From the NCBI RefSeq assembly GCF_964194025.1, contig NC_134482.1:9858001-9922000 (forward strand): DNA of 64,000 bases, in the 5' to 3' direction. Under the pieces are notes generated by a model that saw only the letters and a program-made list of their open reading frames with translations, had not been told where the DNA came from and ran no database searches. Positions 37,601 through 49,698 of the stretch are shown piece after piece (positions within the stretch are counted from its first letter, which is position 1; every line of letters begins with the position of its first letter). A program made the position numbers and the translations under genes. Source of the stretch: Convolutriloba macropyga. Lineage: Eukaryota.

Positions 37601-40600
37601 GGAGATCTACTCAATTTGATCTATAATTTTAATCGTGAAACCGCAAAAAGAAAACATTTCAGTATTTTTTTTACAAGTATAGGGAAACAGAATAAATGAG
37701 AGAGAATAAATGGGAGAGCAGCCAAATTCAGATGACTTGCATTGTTTAAGCAATTGAAAATATTCAAAAACTTAGTTAAAAAACTTAACAAAAATCCCAA
37801 TTTTCGACTCGAGATTTCATCTTTCCAGATACCCAGTAGCAGTTAACAGCACTCAAGGTCGCCACGGGGGCGAAGACGTCTTAATACTGGCCAATGGACC
37901 CATGGCACACCTGTTCCAGGGCATCCGGATGCAAACATACATTGCAGCAGTCATCCAATACGCCACATGTACTGGGAAGTACCAGGATGCATGTGAACTA
38001 AAAGAATTCAGCAACAGAGTCACGACTGCTGCTATGATTCCAACTTCAACGTCACTGTTTATTTTTTCCTGTGTCTTCATGCATCAAATGCTACTATTTA
38101 AATAATTTGAGAATTAGAAACTGGCCCTATACTAGCTGCTAATTAAATTAAATCTGTCTTGAAAGCACATTCAACTCGAACCACTTTAATTTAATTTTCC
38201 AGAAAAGCTTGTGCTTTTTGTGTTACTCAATCCCCCAGACCCCCCCCCCCAAAAAAAAAACTATTTTTTTTACTCAGCGTCAATTTTATTATCAAATTAT
38301 CGTTATTATTTTTTCGTTTGGCCGTACGGGGCTAAATCATTACGACCGAACCTACAATGTCTCGCTTCCCTCACCTCACTCAAAAAGAAATTGAACGCAG
38401 GGAGAAATTTTCAGACTAAGTATTGGAAATATAAGGATTTCAAAAATGCTGAAACAAAGAATTAAAGCGCAGCAGTTGCCTCAACTCCGTCGTGATGATT
38501 CTGAGCGTGGCACAGAAAGTTCCCACATAGCCAGCAAACAGCCGCCGTTGACCACCTGGCGTCAATTGGAAATGAAACAGGGAGAAGAGATAAGGTGCAA
38601 ATTGACAACCTTATTTTTTTTCGAAAAGTCAAAAAGTGTTCTATTCTAATTTAGTGTGTAGTGTTAGACAAATGTGTTGACATCAGCCTCTAAACTGGAA
38701 GCTATCAACTTTAATACAGATGCCAATTAGCATTCTCTCCAATGAATTCAAAAAATCTAAAGCACTATGATACGGCTGTTTCGGTTTATCCCGTTTCGTT
38801 TGATTTTAGTATTGACCTAGTAGACCGTATCCACTACATTGCGAGAGTTTAAAACCCATTCAGTAGAAAGAGTACGTGAGGTAAGTTAGAAGTCACATGT
38901 CGAAGTCGCGACTTGTTAAAAACAAAAAAAACATTGCCAGCAGTCTCCTGAACCGACTCGATGTTAACATTCACTTAACAAGGACCTTTTGAAACACTAA
39001 CAAGAAACATAACATGAGAAATGCAAAAAACCATTTCTTGAAAACATCGGTTGAAATTTCTTTACAAGTTGCACCTCTCAAACAACAAACGTCAAAAAAA
39101 TGCAATACAAATAGTCAGTAATCAATAAATGACTATCATCTGATCTACGGCAAAAACAAAAGAAAGGCGAAAACTAAAGAAATTGATAAAAGACAGGAAA
39201 CTTTGCGAAAGTCAGTAGCATCAAAATGGCTGAAATGGGGACAATCAATGGCTGAAATGGGGACAATCATAGGGACATTTCCAAAACAACGGCGTTTCAG
39301 TTAACAAACGTTAGCTAAAAGTCGAAGTCAAAAATTGACCAAAAATACGGCAAAATATAAGTCCAATGAACTGAATTTTGAAACTAAGCGACAAGTCGAC
39401 CAGAAAACCAAAACATGCAAGACTAAAAAATCGACTATTTTTCCAAAATGAAAAAAAAAACGTAAAACGATCACAATGAACTCAAACCACCATTTACAAT
39501 CACTTAATTCTCATTAGCAACCGATTGAACTATTGATGTCATGAATGCCAAGAGGATAATTGATAAAAATACAACCAAAACAAAAAAAAATTAATCGAGA
39601 AAAACATTTGTAAACGAATAAATTATCAGTCAAAAACGCAATAGTTATGAATTGAAACAATTGATTTGATTAATTTAAGCATCCTTAGCAACCAATGATT
39701 CCTGTCATTAGGGAGACTGAGAGAAGACAACAAAGTGAACAATCAAAACTTGAAAAGCTGAAAAATTTGATAACATTTAAAAATAATCTCATGTCAAAGT
39801 AATAGAAAGCATTACCTTCGCACCAAAACAAACGAATCGAATAACTTAATCTGTATTTGTAATCAACAAACATGTCCTTAATGAGCTTAAATGATCAGAC
39901 AACAAAAAGTACAAGAAAAATTTACGGCAAAGCCAAAACGCTAACAATCAGAATTTTTTAATAACAAACAGTGTTTAAGTCACGAGAATTATATCTATGA
40001 AAACAAACCATTAATAAGATTAATTGATGCTTCAATAGCAATCAATAAATAACAAAAAATAAGGGCAAAAACAAAAATTGACTAATATTTTATGACTACA
40101 AATAGTGCCTAAGTCATAAGAAACATTAGCTGCCCGTTAGAGCAACTGTAGAGAGGCGCAATTAGAACACAGATGTATCACATCAATAGCCCTCAAGGGA
40201 AGAAAATGCAGACAGAAATCAAATTGACGCATGTGAAAAACATCCCTCTCAAAAACTTGAAAATTTGATCAAACACAATTTCTCACCGCAATTTCAAGAT
40301 AGTTTGAGGAAAAATCACGCCACACCAATACAATCTAAAACGTTTGAATTGTTAAAACGAGAGCGTCTCAATAATAGCCTTTTAGAACCTGTCAACGGCT
40401 ATAAAATTTATCAGCAAGATATTTGTATCTGATCTTAGTCCAACTTTACCAGTTGATTACTGATTTGACATTTTGTTTTTGTGCAAAAAAGATAACCCTG
40501 GAAAAACTTCTCTCGAAAATTTTTAGATACTTTATAAACTAGGGCTAGCATTAACATTTATTGCTTAAAACGAGACAAGCCAGAGCACAGCCAGTGTCTA

Positions 40601-43600
40601 ATCAGTTCCTCGTGATTTTCTATCTCCTCCCCCTAAAATTTGTTGATACTCAGGTTTTCAACCCTTTCTTAAACAAGTTAGATAAAGACTAGCTGGACAT
40701 ATCAGACGCATGGGGGCGAAAAAACACACATAACCAATTAACGTCGGATGAATAGCTCTCAAATGAATGGCACGCGGTTGCCTTCATCAGTAGGAATGAG
40801 GAGCGGGATGGAGTGAGAAACAGTCTGAACCTCTTAAAACTGACCCTCGGACCAGAAATTTAGACTCCTCCATTGCATACTTAGAGCTTAGTAAGGTTCA
40901 ATAAAAATTTTCCATAGAAAGAAAGTGCGGCTAGCCCTAGAAGAATATCTAACCCTCGAAGAATTGGAACAAATGGACAACTGGAACAAAGTTTTTTAAA
41001 ATTGTCTCAAATTATAATATCTCGAACTATCTGAAATTATCCCTTTAGGCCCGAAAAACGTGATGAAATTGGCCAAAACTATGACTAAAAATGTCAAGCT
41101 TTCACGGCTCCCTAACTTTAAAATTTTATTTTGAAATTAAACATTGAATTTTCTCTTTGTAGTGATTCAACAGATAAAGAGACTTTAAAATTACACAAAA
41201 GTCAGTCTGGGATGCTCTCAGAAAAAGTCAAAAATTATACGGTCAATACAAGTGGGGCTAGCATGAAGTTCTCCCATTATTTCGCTAAAATATGGGAGCA
41301 AATTGTTAATGACAGAATTTGGCGAGCTGTTATTTCATATAACTACAAGCTGTCCATTAAAACGACGACTGCCTAAAAGCTAAATTTGTGGAGAAATATT
41401 GAATATAAATTGTTTCATCTAAAATTTTGAAACCACCAATCTAAACTCGGAAAATATGAACAGGGTGTCAAATGATATTTCGCAAGGAAAGTCTGGATCC
41501 ATACCACTGAGCACACTTTGAGCCCACTACACTGAAAAATCTCAGGCGTTACCGGACCGATGGAACAGGAACTGACCTTAATCTGGGCAATCCTCCTTTC
41601 AAAATCCTCTTTTTCCTCCGCTTGCCGTCTCTCCTCAACCTCATTTTCCTCCAACTGTAGGTCTTTAGCCACTTGTTCACTTAGTTGATCGCTCACTGTC
41701 CTCTCTGTCTCGTACTTAGCATACTCTTTCTCCAGTTGTTCTAGAAGCTTCTTTTTCAGACCCTCAGCGACACCCAGTGCATTTTTGGCACGCTGGAAAC
41801 ATTACCGATTCACATCATCAGATAACCGTTAACGATGTCTGGTTAAATTTCTTAAGCTCTAATTTCATTGTTTGATATCTTGAACCAATGAACGATATAG
41901 GTAGCTTCACGTTACAACACATTTCGATGTTTTGTGGAACGTTATGTACGGTTCCATAGAGATCTTGCTTGAACAAAATTTACATTCCTAAATTTTTTGA
42001 GACAAGGAGATTATATAATTCTGGCGCTCACTATTCTGTTGATGCTTTAAAAAATTTCGTTTAGACAAGGAGTTAACTCAAGTGTTCACATAGAAAGATG
42101 AATCCAATCAGAACAAACTTTCTGAGGAAATTAGATAAATGGGACTGTTTCCGTTTGTGCCCCCTCCCACAAGCTTAGTGGTTGCATATTATTTGCTCCC
42201 GCCAGACGCACGTGCCATTTTTTTACAAAACGATTTACTATCTAATGACACGTGCTCCTTAACTGGGTGGTGCATAACATTGTGGGGGGCACAAAGGGAA
42301 AAGATCCGATGTTACCTTTTTCAGCAACTTAGTTTCTTCAGGAGTGAGCCTCGAGTATCCCGGGTGCTTCGGAAGCTTCTCCAGAGCCAAGCTGAAAAAA
42401 GCCACAAAAAACTATAAAAAAGACCATTTTGCTTCAAAATAACAGCCGATTAAAGTCACACTCACCTGACAAACTTCATGTAAATCACAAATGCACTCGT
42501 CAAATTTCTCTCATCCATGTAAACTCCACCCTAAAAATAAACATGAAGCCTCACATATGGTCCATGTCACTGATTTTATAATGTTCAACTTTAAAAGTAT
42601 GAACATACATTTAGCCGGCGAGTTGTCGGAAAATACCCACGATCAAGACCAATTAAACTTATCAAATGGGGAAAATTTGCCAGATTGGTCAAACAAGAAC
42701 TCCGTTTGCGTGTTGGATTTTATGTGTATGTTCAAATGAACCGTAATTTAAAGATCAAATACGAATATGAGAGCTGTTCTTGGTATGGTCTTTAATTATA
42801 TAGGATGACCTCAAATTATATTGTGCAGTGAAATGATGCCACGCATTTTTTTTTCAAAATTTATCTTTGAAGGACCTAACATGTGCGGTATCATTTAAAG
42901 CTCGCCGAGTCGGTACTCCTCTTTTCAAACAAGTTAATCAGACATTAACTGCTATAGACCAGCTGTGCCCAAATTCACACATGTTCAGCCGGTCAAATTG
43001 CTCATTTTGGATAACTTTGCTAATGTTTCTCATCATTTTTGGCTTTCTCCAGCAGCCAAAGTGTACCAAAAATAGAACGAGCTGTTATTAATTGGTAGCG
43101 CAGAGGGACGCGCAGAGGGATTTTTTTGAGCATCCACTTAAAATTATGAGAATTCTGTTTTTAAGTACTCTTCTTTTTTCTTTCTCAAAAAATTTTCGTA
43201 GTTCAACGATTCGTAGTTCAGCGACTTAAGATTTTAAGATTCGGAGAACTTTGATTACCTCAAAAACAAGAATTTTTAAACATACCCGATAGATGGCCGG
43301 AAAATAACCGCCATTGATTCCCATAACCCCGATTGGGATTGAAAGAACAAAATGAAAAATGATTTTTGTACAAAAGTATTTTTAAAGATCGAACTATTTT
43401 GATGTCATTCCACAGTTAAACATAAACCAGTTTTTTGATGATGCGACACGGGGGCTAGTATCAAAAACAACAAGCATTAGAGATGGTAACTAGACTTTTA
43501 AGAACAAACTTGCGGCATCTAAAACTGGGCTTTATGGGTTCATCCCGTTTCGATTCCTGATTTTGTTTTATGAGCCCGTTCATTTTTGATTGCTTTGCTG

Positions 43601-46600
43601 AGCAACTGCTTTTTAAAATCAATTTGAGCAGAATGAATGAAGAACAAAACCAGCCGAGAGAAGTCAGAAAGATTCCACGCAAAATTTTTGAACAAGCTGC
43701 GCCTTACGGTAAAGCAAAACAAATATTTATTCGAAGTAAAAAGCATAAAGGGAAAGTCCTGAAATGCAAACCAAAGAATTGAATGAAATTGAACAAATGC
43801 TGTATCTCACCTGCAGATCAATTGAAAAATGCCAGCCAAAAAGACAGTCTCCAAAGATCAGAAACTAAAATAATCAAACCAAAAATATATCCATGCTTTC
43901 TCTCTAAGCTTTTACCTCGATAGCCAAATTTGATCCATTGAAAAACACCCATTACCGCACGCACAAGCCTTGACTGGAGTTTATTAGACACTAAAAAAAG
44001 CAAGACCGCATAAGTGGCCCTTAAAGATCAATAAACTCAAGAAAATAAAAAAAAATTTAAACAATTGAACGCAATTGCAAATTATCTTAAAATGCTGCTT
44101 AAATTAGCAACAATAATATCTTCAGAACCATTTCATTGTCTCCAGAAACTATCCAGTAACCTAATTTCCAGCACTGAAAAGTTTTGCTGGCCCATAACGA
44201 TCGATAAACAAGGAAGACAACAGTTTCCAGAAAATTTGAATTTTTTTAGAAACTTGGATAAAAAAATTGCTAAAATTAGCATCACTTTGCGTGTTTATGT
44301 TTGCAGTACCTGAACACATAGCTCAAAAATTGTCATAGAAGGTTATTATGTCTTGCAAAATACCTTTTTAAACGTAAATTTGGGACTGATAAAACAAAAA
44401 ACTCGAAAAATGAAAAATGGCACCGTTTGGGTCTCAAAAACTAAAAATGACCTTTTAACCTTGAATTAAGGCCTTTAGAGCAGCTGCAACACTCTAGTCA
44501 CTTAAAGGACTATCAAAGCCAGCTATGGTCCTCTATTGCAATTTAATGCGTGAAAAAGGTGTGGAAGTCTTGCAAAACAAGTGTGCACCAGTTTAATACA
44601 AATTCTTTGGATAGTAACAAATATATCCCAAAAATTCAATTTACTAATGACCTGACAACTAACATTTTTACATTATCATCAAACTAAGACCACGATCCTA
44701 CATGTGCAAAAACTGACTATACTCAACCTTAGATTGAGCACAAAGTACACCAACCCTGTGAGAATAAATGTCAAACAAAATAAAAGCATGCAAAAACCAA
44801 AGAAATAGCAAATATCAATTTGGCAATAATTTTTTTTGCAATTCAGTAGCCTCCAAGTCAAAGTAAGAAAATCACAGAACTATATGTCAGAGTCCCTTAC
44901 GCCAGCGTAACATAAAACCGTAGAGGTCACACAATACCTTTAAGCAGTTCTAATTTCTAAAGGACAATAAAGAGGTCAAGATTCAAAAATTCACCTGATT
45001 ATTTCTCGAAAACAACGGTATCTCAGTCAATGAAAATACTCGATAAAAGTTGGAGCTAATAAATTGACCAAAAGTACACCAGTTGAAAAGCTAGGACAAC
45101 TGTTATTTTTGAGACAAAGCGATAAGACATAAGGAAAACGACAGAAACTGGCTAGACTAAAGAATCAACGTTTACTTTCTGAAAAAGTCAAAATCAATCA
45201 AATCAAAAGCTACGGTCGCAAACAATTCTTTGAATTCAAATCGTCATTGGTAACCATGAGACCTGTCATTAATGACTATGAGATAAGTCAACAAAGTGGC
45301 CAATAAACATGCAAAACCCAAAAACTCGATATTTCTTGAAATAAAATTTTTTGTCAAAGTCATAGAAGGCATTAGCTTTAAACAGAAACAGTTAAATCGA
45401 TAAACATAACCCACTTAGCATGGACTTATGAGACTTGTCCTCCGACATAAAATGATAGGATGAAAGGTTGAACAAATAGAAGCAAAATTTACCAAAAGGT
45501 TTTGAGAAAAAGCAGTGTCAAAGTCATGAAAACCAAAAGCTGTTAACTCTAACCATTAATTATGTTCATTTATGCCGCCGCATTAGCAAAATATGAGATG
45601 TCATCGAAGATACTGAGTGATTAGACAACAAAGAATTCAAGCAATTCCAAAACATATGTATCATACTGAAACCAATCAAAAGAAAAACACTGAAAAATTG
45701 ACGCACGTGAAAAAAGGTCAATCTCAAAAACCAAGTTTGTTCAAACATCAGTTTCGCACTCCAGTTCTAAAAAAGTTTGAAAAAAGTTACCCCTTAAACT
45801 TACTTGATTTTTTGCTCCCTTTACTACTTCGACGTGACTAAAATCACCACTCTAATTTGAATCTGTGTGAACAGATCTTTAAAAAAAGACAGCACACCAA
45901 TACAATAAATACTTTGGATTGCAAAAAAGGAGCGCCTATATATTAGCCGTAAAAAGGCATAGCATGGTAACTCCTGAAAGACAATAAAAATAATTGAATA
46001 ACTACTTAGCTGCACATCAACATTTTTCCGGTAACATCAAATTTTGCCAGCCAACAAAATATATGACTTGGAATGCGCAAATGTTGGCCAAAATTCTAAA
46101 AACAATTTTTAAATATTCATTTCTCCACAGCGCAGTGGCGTTAAAAAACCGGCGAATAAAAAATTTTAATATCTATTGACAATACGGATCTTTAGAATGC
46201 GTACAGCATAGAGCAAGCATGCCGAAATCAATGACAGACAAAGTAGTGGCGAAAACAAAGTTAGCAAAAATCCGATACTTTCAATATCAGTGGCCTCAAA
46301 GTTAGAAAACATAACACCATATCACAAAAGTTACAATCGCACAACATACAAAAGTTCAGAGTCCAAGAATTTTTTAAATTCCGTTAGGCGAAAGAAGGAC
46401 GAGAAGAATTCCAATTTGGGCAAGATTCCAAATTTTACTCAAACATTTCAAAAAAAAATTGGTATCTAATTAATAATAATAATTGTGGTTTCAGCGTAAT
46501 CGCAGCGGAACAGCATTAGGCCTCCAGTAGCCTGTTTTCAGCTGCCCTTTTTCTGATTATTCCCCACATTTCAGACTGATCTTTTTTTGAGCAGCATTGC

Positions 46601-48943
46601 TCTTTTTTGGTGACTATAGCCACTTTTTTTGCGTCTGAAACTGTCACGTGGTACCATCATTGCAGCCAACATTGGTCAGGCTATGGTCAACCTGAAGCTA
46701 TGGTTAAGTAAGAGCTCATCCTTACACGGACAGCTTCACGGAGGCAGGGGATCGAACTCTCAATCATTGGCGTGTGAACCACAAACCTTACCTCTCGGCT
46801 ATCACGCCACCTTAATTAATCTAATAAAATAGCTTAAAACTGAAACCGATAAACTGAAGAAAAAACAACTCATTAAAAGACAACAGAAACTGTTGTCGTT
46901 CATACTAAAACAACAGAATTACATGTAAAGAAACAAAAACTTGCAGAACTAAAAAATCCAGCAATAATTAAAAAAAAAAGTGGCAAATAAATGAAATTCA
47001 CTGGTATAAATTCAATGATTATTTACATTGATTTACATCCCAGTCGCAACAGACAAGGGAATTTAATGATTTATTCATTAACGGAATTTATTGATATGAC
47101 AACAAACTGCACAAAATAATAAAGGCCAAACTCAGAAGTAGGCAAAAATTTTTTTAGAAAACAAATTGTGTAAAATTTATTGAAGCTACTAGCTAAAAAA
47201 AACATTAGGTTCATTTACGCCTCACTATCAATCGATGAGACCTGGACTTAGTAACAATTATAAGACAAGATGAAACATAGCCGGCAGATTGTCGAAAACT
47301 AGCCGCGGTTGACGCGCTAGACCCACATCGGGATTGAAATAGAAAAAGAAAAAAGAAGAGACAGAAATTGACAGATTTTACTAAGATTCAAAAATTGTTC
47401 TAATTCAGTGTACAGTTTCAGTTAGATTCTAAACCTAAACTTAATTCAACTTCTAAACTGAAAGCTATTACGCTTAATACTAAAGTCAGCTAGCAATTGA
47501 TCTGATGAACTTTGAAAACCTAATGCACTATGACTTAAGGACCGGACTTTATCAGTTTATCCGGTTTCTTTTGATTTTGCTCTTTTAACATTGCCCGTAT
47601 TCACTACATTGCGTAATTCAATGCGTGAAAGAAATTAAAATCCATTCACTTGAAACAATGAACGAGAAAAGTCACGAGCCAAACGTAGAGGCGAAAACTA
47701 AACTAGCAAAAATCCGATACTTTCAATATCAGTGGCCTCAAGGTTAGAAACCATAACACCATATCACTATTCAGTAATCAGCGCATAACATACAAGTTTA
47801 GAGTCCAAGAATTTTACAAATTCCGTCAGGCGAAAAAAGGACGAGAAGAATTCCAATTTAGGCAAGATTCCAAATTTTACTCAAACATTTCAAAAAAAAA
47901 TTGGTATCCAATTAATCTAATAAAATAGCTTAAAACTGAAGCCGATAAACTGAAGAAAAAACAACTCATTAAAAGACAACAGAAACTGTTGTCGTTCATA
48001 CTAAAACGACAGAATTACATGAAAAAGAAACAAAAACTGGCCGAAATAAAACCCAGCAATATTTTATTGGAAAAAAAGTGGCAAATAAATGAGTCACGAG
48101 ACAAACGTGAAAATCAAGAGTTATGTAAAACGAAAAACGTGATCAAAAGGTAAAGCCAAAAAAAAGGAGAGCGCCGCCTAAGTAATAGCCGTTGAGAGGC
48201 TGACGACGGCTATTAACAACGCATACACGTAGATTTCAAATATTCGCTGACATTATTTTGAAAACAATAGGTGTTTTAAACATTGAAATAGTTAGCTTTG
48301 AACTGATACGATTAATTCAATTGTTAGGCATCATTTGCAGCTGATGAGACCTGCAATTGATGGGACTAGGTGATAAGAGAACAGAATTTGTTCTTAAAAT
48401 ACGGGCAAACAACATATAATTCACAAATACTTTATGGCAATTAATGGTTTCAAATTTTAGCAAAAAATTATCTACCGGTTCAGGGATTCGAGCAATTTCA
48501 AATAGGCGCACATATGTGTATCATATTAACATCGCTCAAGAAAAGAAACGCTGAAAACAGCAGCCAAATTGCCCCACGCCAAAAAAAATTCGCCTACTAT
48601 ACGATGACGGTACATTTTTAAAATAAATCTGAAAACATCTAAATGAAAAACCACCACTTGATTATAGCTAAATTCTTGAAATTTATAAATCAAATATTAA
48701 TTTCTTAAATCAGAACAGATTAAGTTTCGATTTTCTTTAAATAATCTTATTTAAAAAGTATTTGAATCCCGCTCCTTTTCTGTAGACGTTTTGGAAAATA
48801 AGGATGAGTTTCGTGACTTCATTCCTTACCATTCTCAGCATTTCCTGTCCACTTCTTAAGTACATTTTAGCATCAATGTGGTTAAACACGGGTACCTCTG
48901 TCTGCTTGTGAAGCAAGGCCATAGTCTCAATAGGGGTCAACAT
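22488..48943 (-). CDS. STAMBP: STAM-binding protein / AMSH-like JAMM deubiquitinase, 7 coding exons, ~384 aa
   Basis: join(48943-48830,42530-42466,42391-42316,41792-41577,27098-26829,23981-23731,22650-22488). All GT-AG, phases consistent. MIT/USP8-dimer-like N-terminus ([26 protein letters not shown]); JAMM motifs ETCGVLCG and [21 protein letters not shown]; C-terminal C..GFHYH..DLR. Confidence 0.95.
23284..23511 (-). mobile_element. HINE/DINE-1-like element, family A (short complete copy)
   Basis: CCGAC-TAAC-GTCGG hairpin next to subTIR (aattgctctcaaacga-like); other end AATTGCTACAAAC-TTC-GTTTGAGAGCAATTAA. Confidence 0.8.
23731..23981 (-). CDS. STAMBP: STAMBP-like exon 6 (JAMM active site)
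   Basis: tttcag|SNNQFTV...[21 protein letters not shown]...APRYQ|gtaagt. Confidence 0.95.
24395..24830 (-). mobile_element. HINE-like family C copy with internal ~90-bp tandem duplication (24650-24828)
   Basis: AATAGCCGCC..GATTTCCCATAA start, TTTATCCCGTTT core; homologous to 43280-43760 and 59431-59962. Confidence 0.65.
25114..25330. other. Assembly gap (N run)
   Basis: 217 N. Confidence 1.
26829..27098 (-). CDS. STAMBP: STAMBP-like exon 5
   Basis: ttttcag|EAERKR...[16 protein letters not shown]|gtgagt. Confidence 0.92.
29655..30640 (-). mobile_element. Non-LTR retrotransposon (LINE, I/Ingi-like group) 3' fragment, decayed
   Basis: [58 protein letters not shown] and a C-terminal CPKC..H..FNC knuckle; frameshifted. 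Confidence 0.88.
31843..32107 (+). CDS. ALPL: ALP exon 1
   Basis: Signal peptide + [13 protein letters not shown]; donor G|gttttt. Confidence 0.9.
31843..38105 (+). CDS. ALPL: Alkaline phosphatase (signal peptide, predicted GPI anchor), 7 exons, ~531 aa, nested antisense in STAMBP intron 4
   Basis: join(31843-32107,35175-35318,35669-35896,36176-36378,36712-36937,37186-37438,37829-38105). Motifs [19 protein letters not shown] (catalytic Ser), [36 protein letters not shown]; hydrophobic C-tail. Symbol denotes family, not proven orthology. Confidence 0.95.
32499..33085. mobile_element. MITE-like element with long degenerate terminal inverted repeats
   Basis: Arms ~32499-32640 and ~32895-33085 (e.g. 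AATGAGGTACTTCAAAATCC vs GGATTCTGAAGTACCGCATT; GTCCCTA vs TAGGGAC). Confidence 0.7.
33368..33441. repeat. ~74-bp imperfect palindrome
   Basis: AAAATTAATCT.AGCA.GAGTTTGA..GAGACTT-GTCT-AAGTCTC..TCAAACTC.TGCT.AGATTAATTTT. Confidence 0.85.
33478..33880. mobile_element. Foldback/MITE-like element with ~15-bp subterminal tandem repeats
   Basis: Left arm (ATCATTTAACCCC)n; right arm inverted (GGGGTTAAATG)n. Confidence 0.7.
33880..34608 (-). mobile_element. HINE family A copy interrupted by a family B copy (34081-34553) that spans the gap
   Basis: 33880-34080 matches 55497-55695; family B ends AACATAGCCGG..CGACTCGAA and CTTCGAGTCGTAA; family A resumes at GACCGACAGGACTAATATAATTG. Confidence 0.75.
34241..34440. 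other. Assembly gap (N run)
   Basis: 200 N. Confidence 1.
35175..35318 (+). CDS. ALPL: ALP exon 2
   Basis: [22 protein letters not shown]; ag|..|gtgag. Confidence 0.93.
35669..35896 (+). CDS. ALPL: ALP exon 3
   Basis: [30 protein letters not shown]; |gtaag. Confidence 0.93.
36176..36378 (+). CDS. ALPL: ALP exon 4
   Basis: [25 protein letters not shown]; |gtaat. Confidence 0.92.
36712..36937 (+). CDS. ALPL: ALP exon 5
   Basis: [38 protein letters not shown]; |gtaaa. Confidence 0.93.
37186..37438 (+). CDS. ALPL: ALP exon 6
   Basis: [26 protein letters not shown]; |gtaaa. Confidence 0.93.
37829..38105 (+). CDS. ALPL: ALP exon 7 (terminal)
   Basis: [24 protein letters not shown]..hydrophobic tail, TAA. 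Confidence 0.93.
41577..41792 (-). CDS. STAMBP: STAMBP-like exon 4 (coiled coil)
   Basis: tttccag|[24 protein letters not shown]...FERRIAQIK|gtcagt. Confidence 0.88.
42316..42391 (-). CDS. STAMBP: STAMBP-like exon 3
   Basis: tttcag|(S)[25 protein letters not shown]|gtaac. Confidence 0.9.
42466..42530 (-). CDS. STAMBP: STAMBP-like exon 2
   Basis: ttttag|[21 protein letters not shown]|gtgag. Confidence 0.9.
43280..43760 (-). mobile_element. HINE-like family C copy
   Basis: Colinear with 59431-59900. Confidence 0.7.
46248..48090 (+). repeat. Direct duplication of ~400 bp (46248-46995 excluding the SINE = 47690-48090)
   Basis: GGCGAAAAC..AAAAATCCGATACTTTCAATATC...GTGGCAAATAAATGA present twice; the second copy sits inside a family C element (47275-48215). 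Confidence 0.85.
46475..46812 (-). mobile_element. tRNA-derived SINE with 8-bp TSD
   Basis: Minus strand: A-box TAGCCGAGAGG, B-box GAGTTCGATCC, (ATT)n tail. TSD TAATTAAT at 46467-46474 and 46813-46820. Absent from the paralogous copy at ~47905-47920. Confidence 0.88.
48830..48943 (-). CDS. STAMBP: STAMBP-like coding exon 1
   Basis: [38 protein letters not shown]|gtaagg. Confidence 0.88.
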
Positions 48944-49698
48944 CTTGTTTAGACAAGAGATCAAGTCACAATATAGCTACGTCATTTTAATCATCTGAAA
49001 GGCAAACGAGTGATTGTTGAAAAGATTATTGAACAGATAGTTCTTACAATGGGAGTTTTCGAATAAAGCCCGGGTAAGACACTTTCATTTTTGTCCCATG
49101 TTCTTCATTTTGCATTTAAAGAGTTTCTTTCACTGAAATTAGTTTCGGTTCTTAAAATTCGCCCAACTCTTTACATTTAGACTAAATTTCATTATCAATT
49201 GTTAACTAAGTGCTGATATGGAAATAATACTACTTCTTAAGAGAGTAATCTTTAATATTACGTTTGACAGATGCCAAACTTTTAACCATCCAGTATTACG
49301 GTTGTTAGAAAAGCAAATGCTATGAAATTAAGGCTAATATTGTTCACGGTTGATAATAACGCTCAGAAAATTTGTAATTTTACTGCTGCAAACATTTCAA
49401 AAAATGTCAAGCATAATGAAATTTTCTTTCAAAGACTGTAAACAGCCGAGATAAATCAATAGAATTTAACGCAACATGTCCAGCAAGCAGATCAAGCAAA
49501 ATAATATTTTGTTTGACGAAATAAAGAACATAGAAGGACAAGTCACGAATTTAAAAAGTTGACTATCGGTCTCTTTGGAAGAGCAGCATCTGCTGGCACG
49601 CAATTCAAAACATTGGAAAACAAAAATCATAAGAAAAACATTTTTTTATAGCCGCACAGCGATAGCTGGGGCTATTATTGGCCTTCTCTTGGTTTTTT

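Noticed and set aside
46735-46812. Functional tRNA gene
   Set aside because: A/B boxes present but no acceptor stem; continues into a body, tail and TSD, so it is a SINE head
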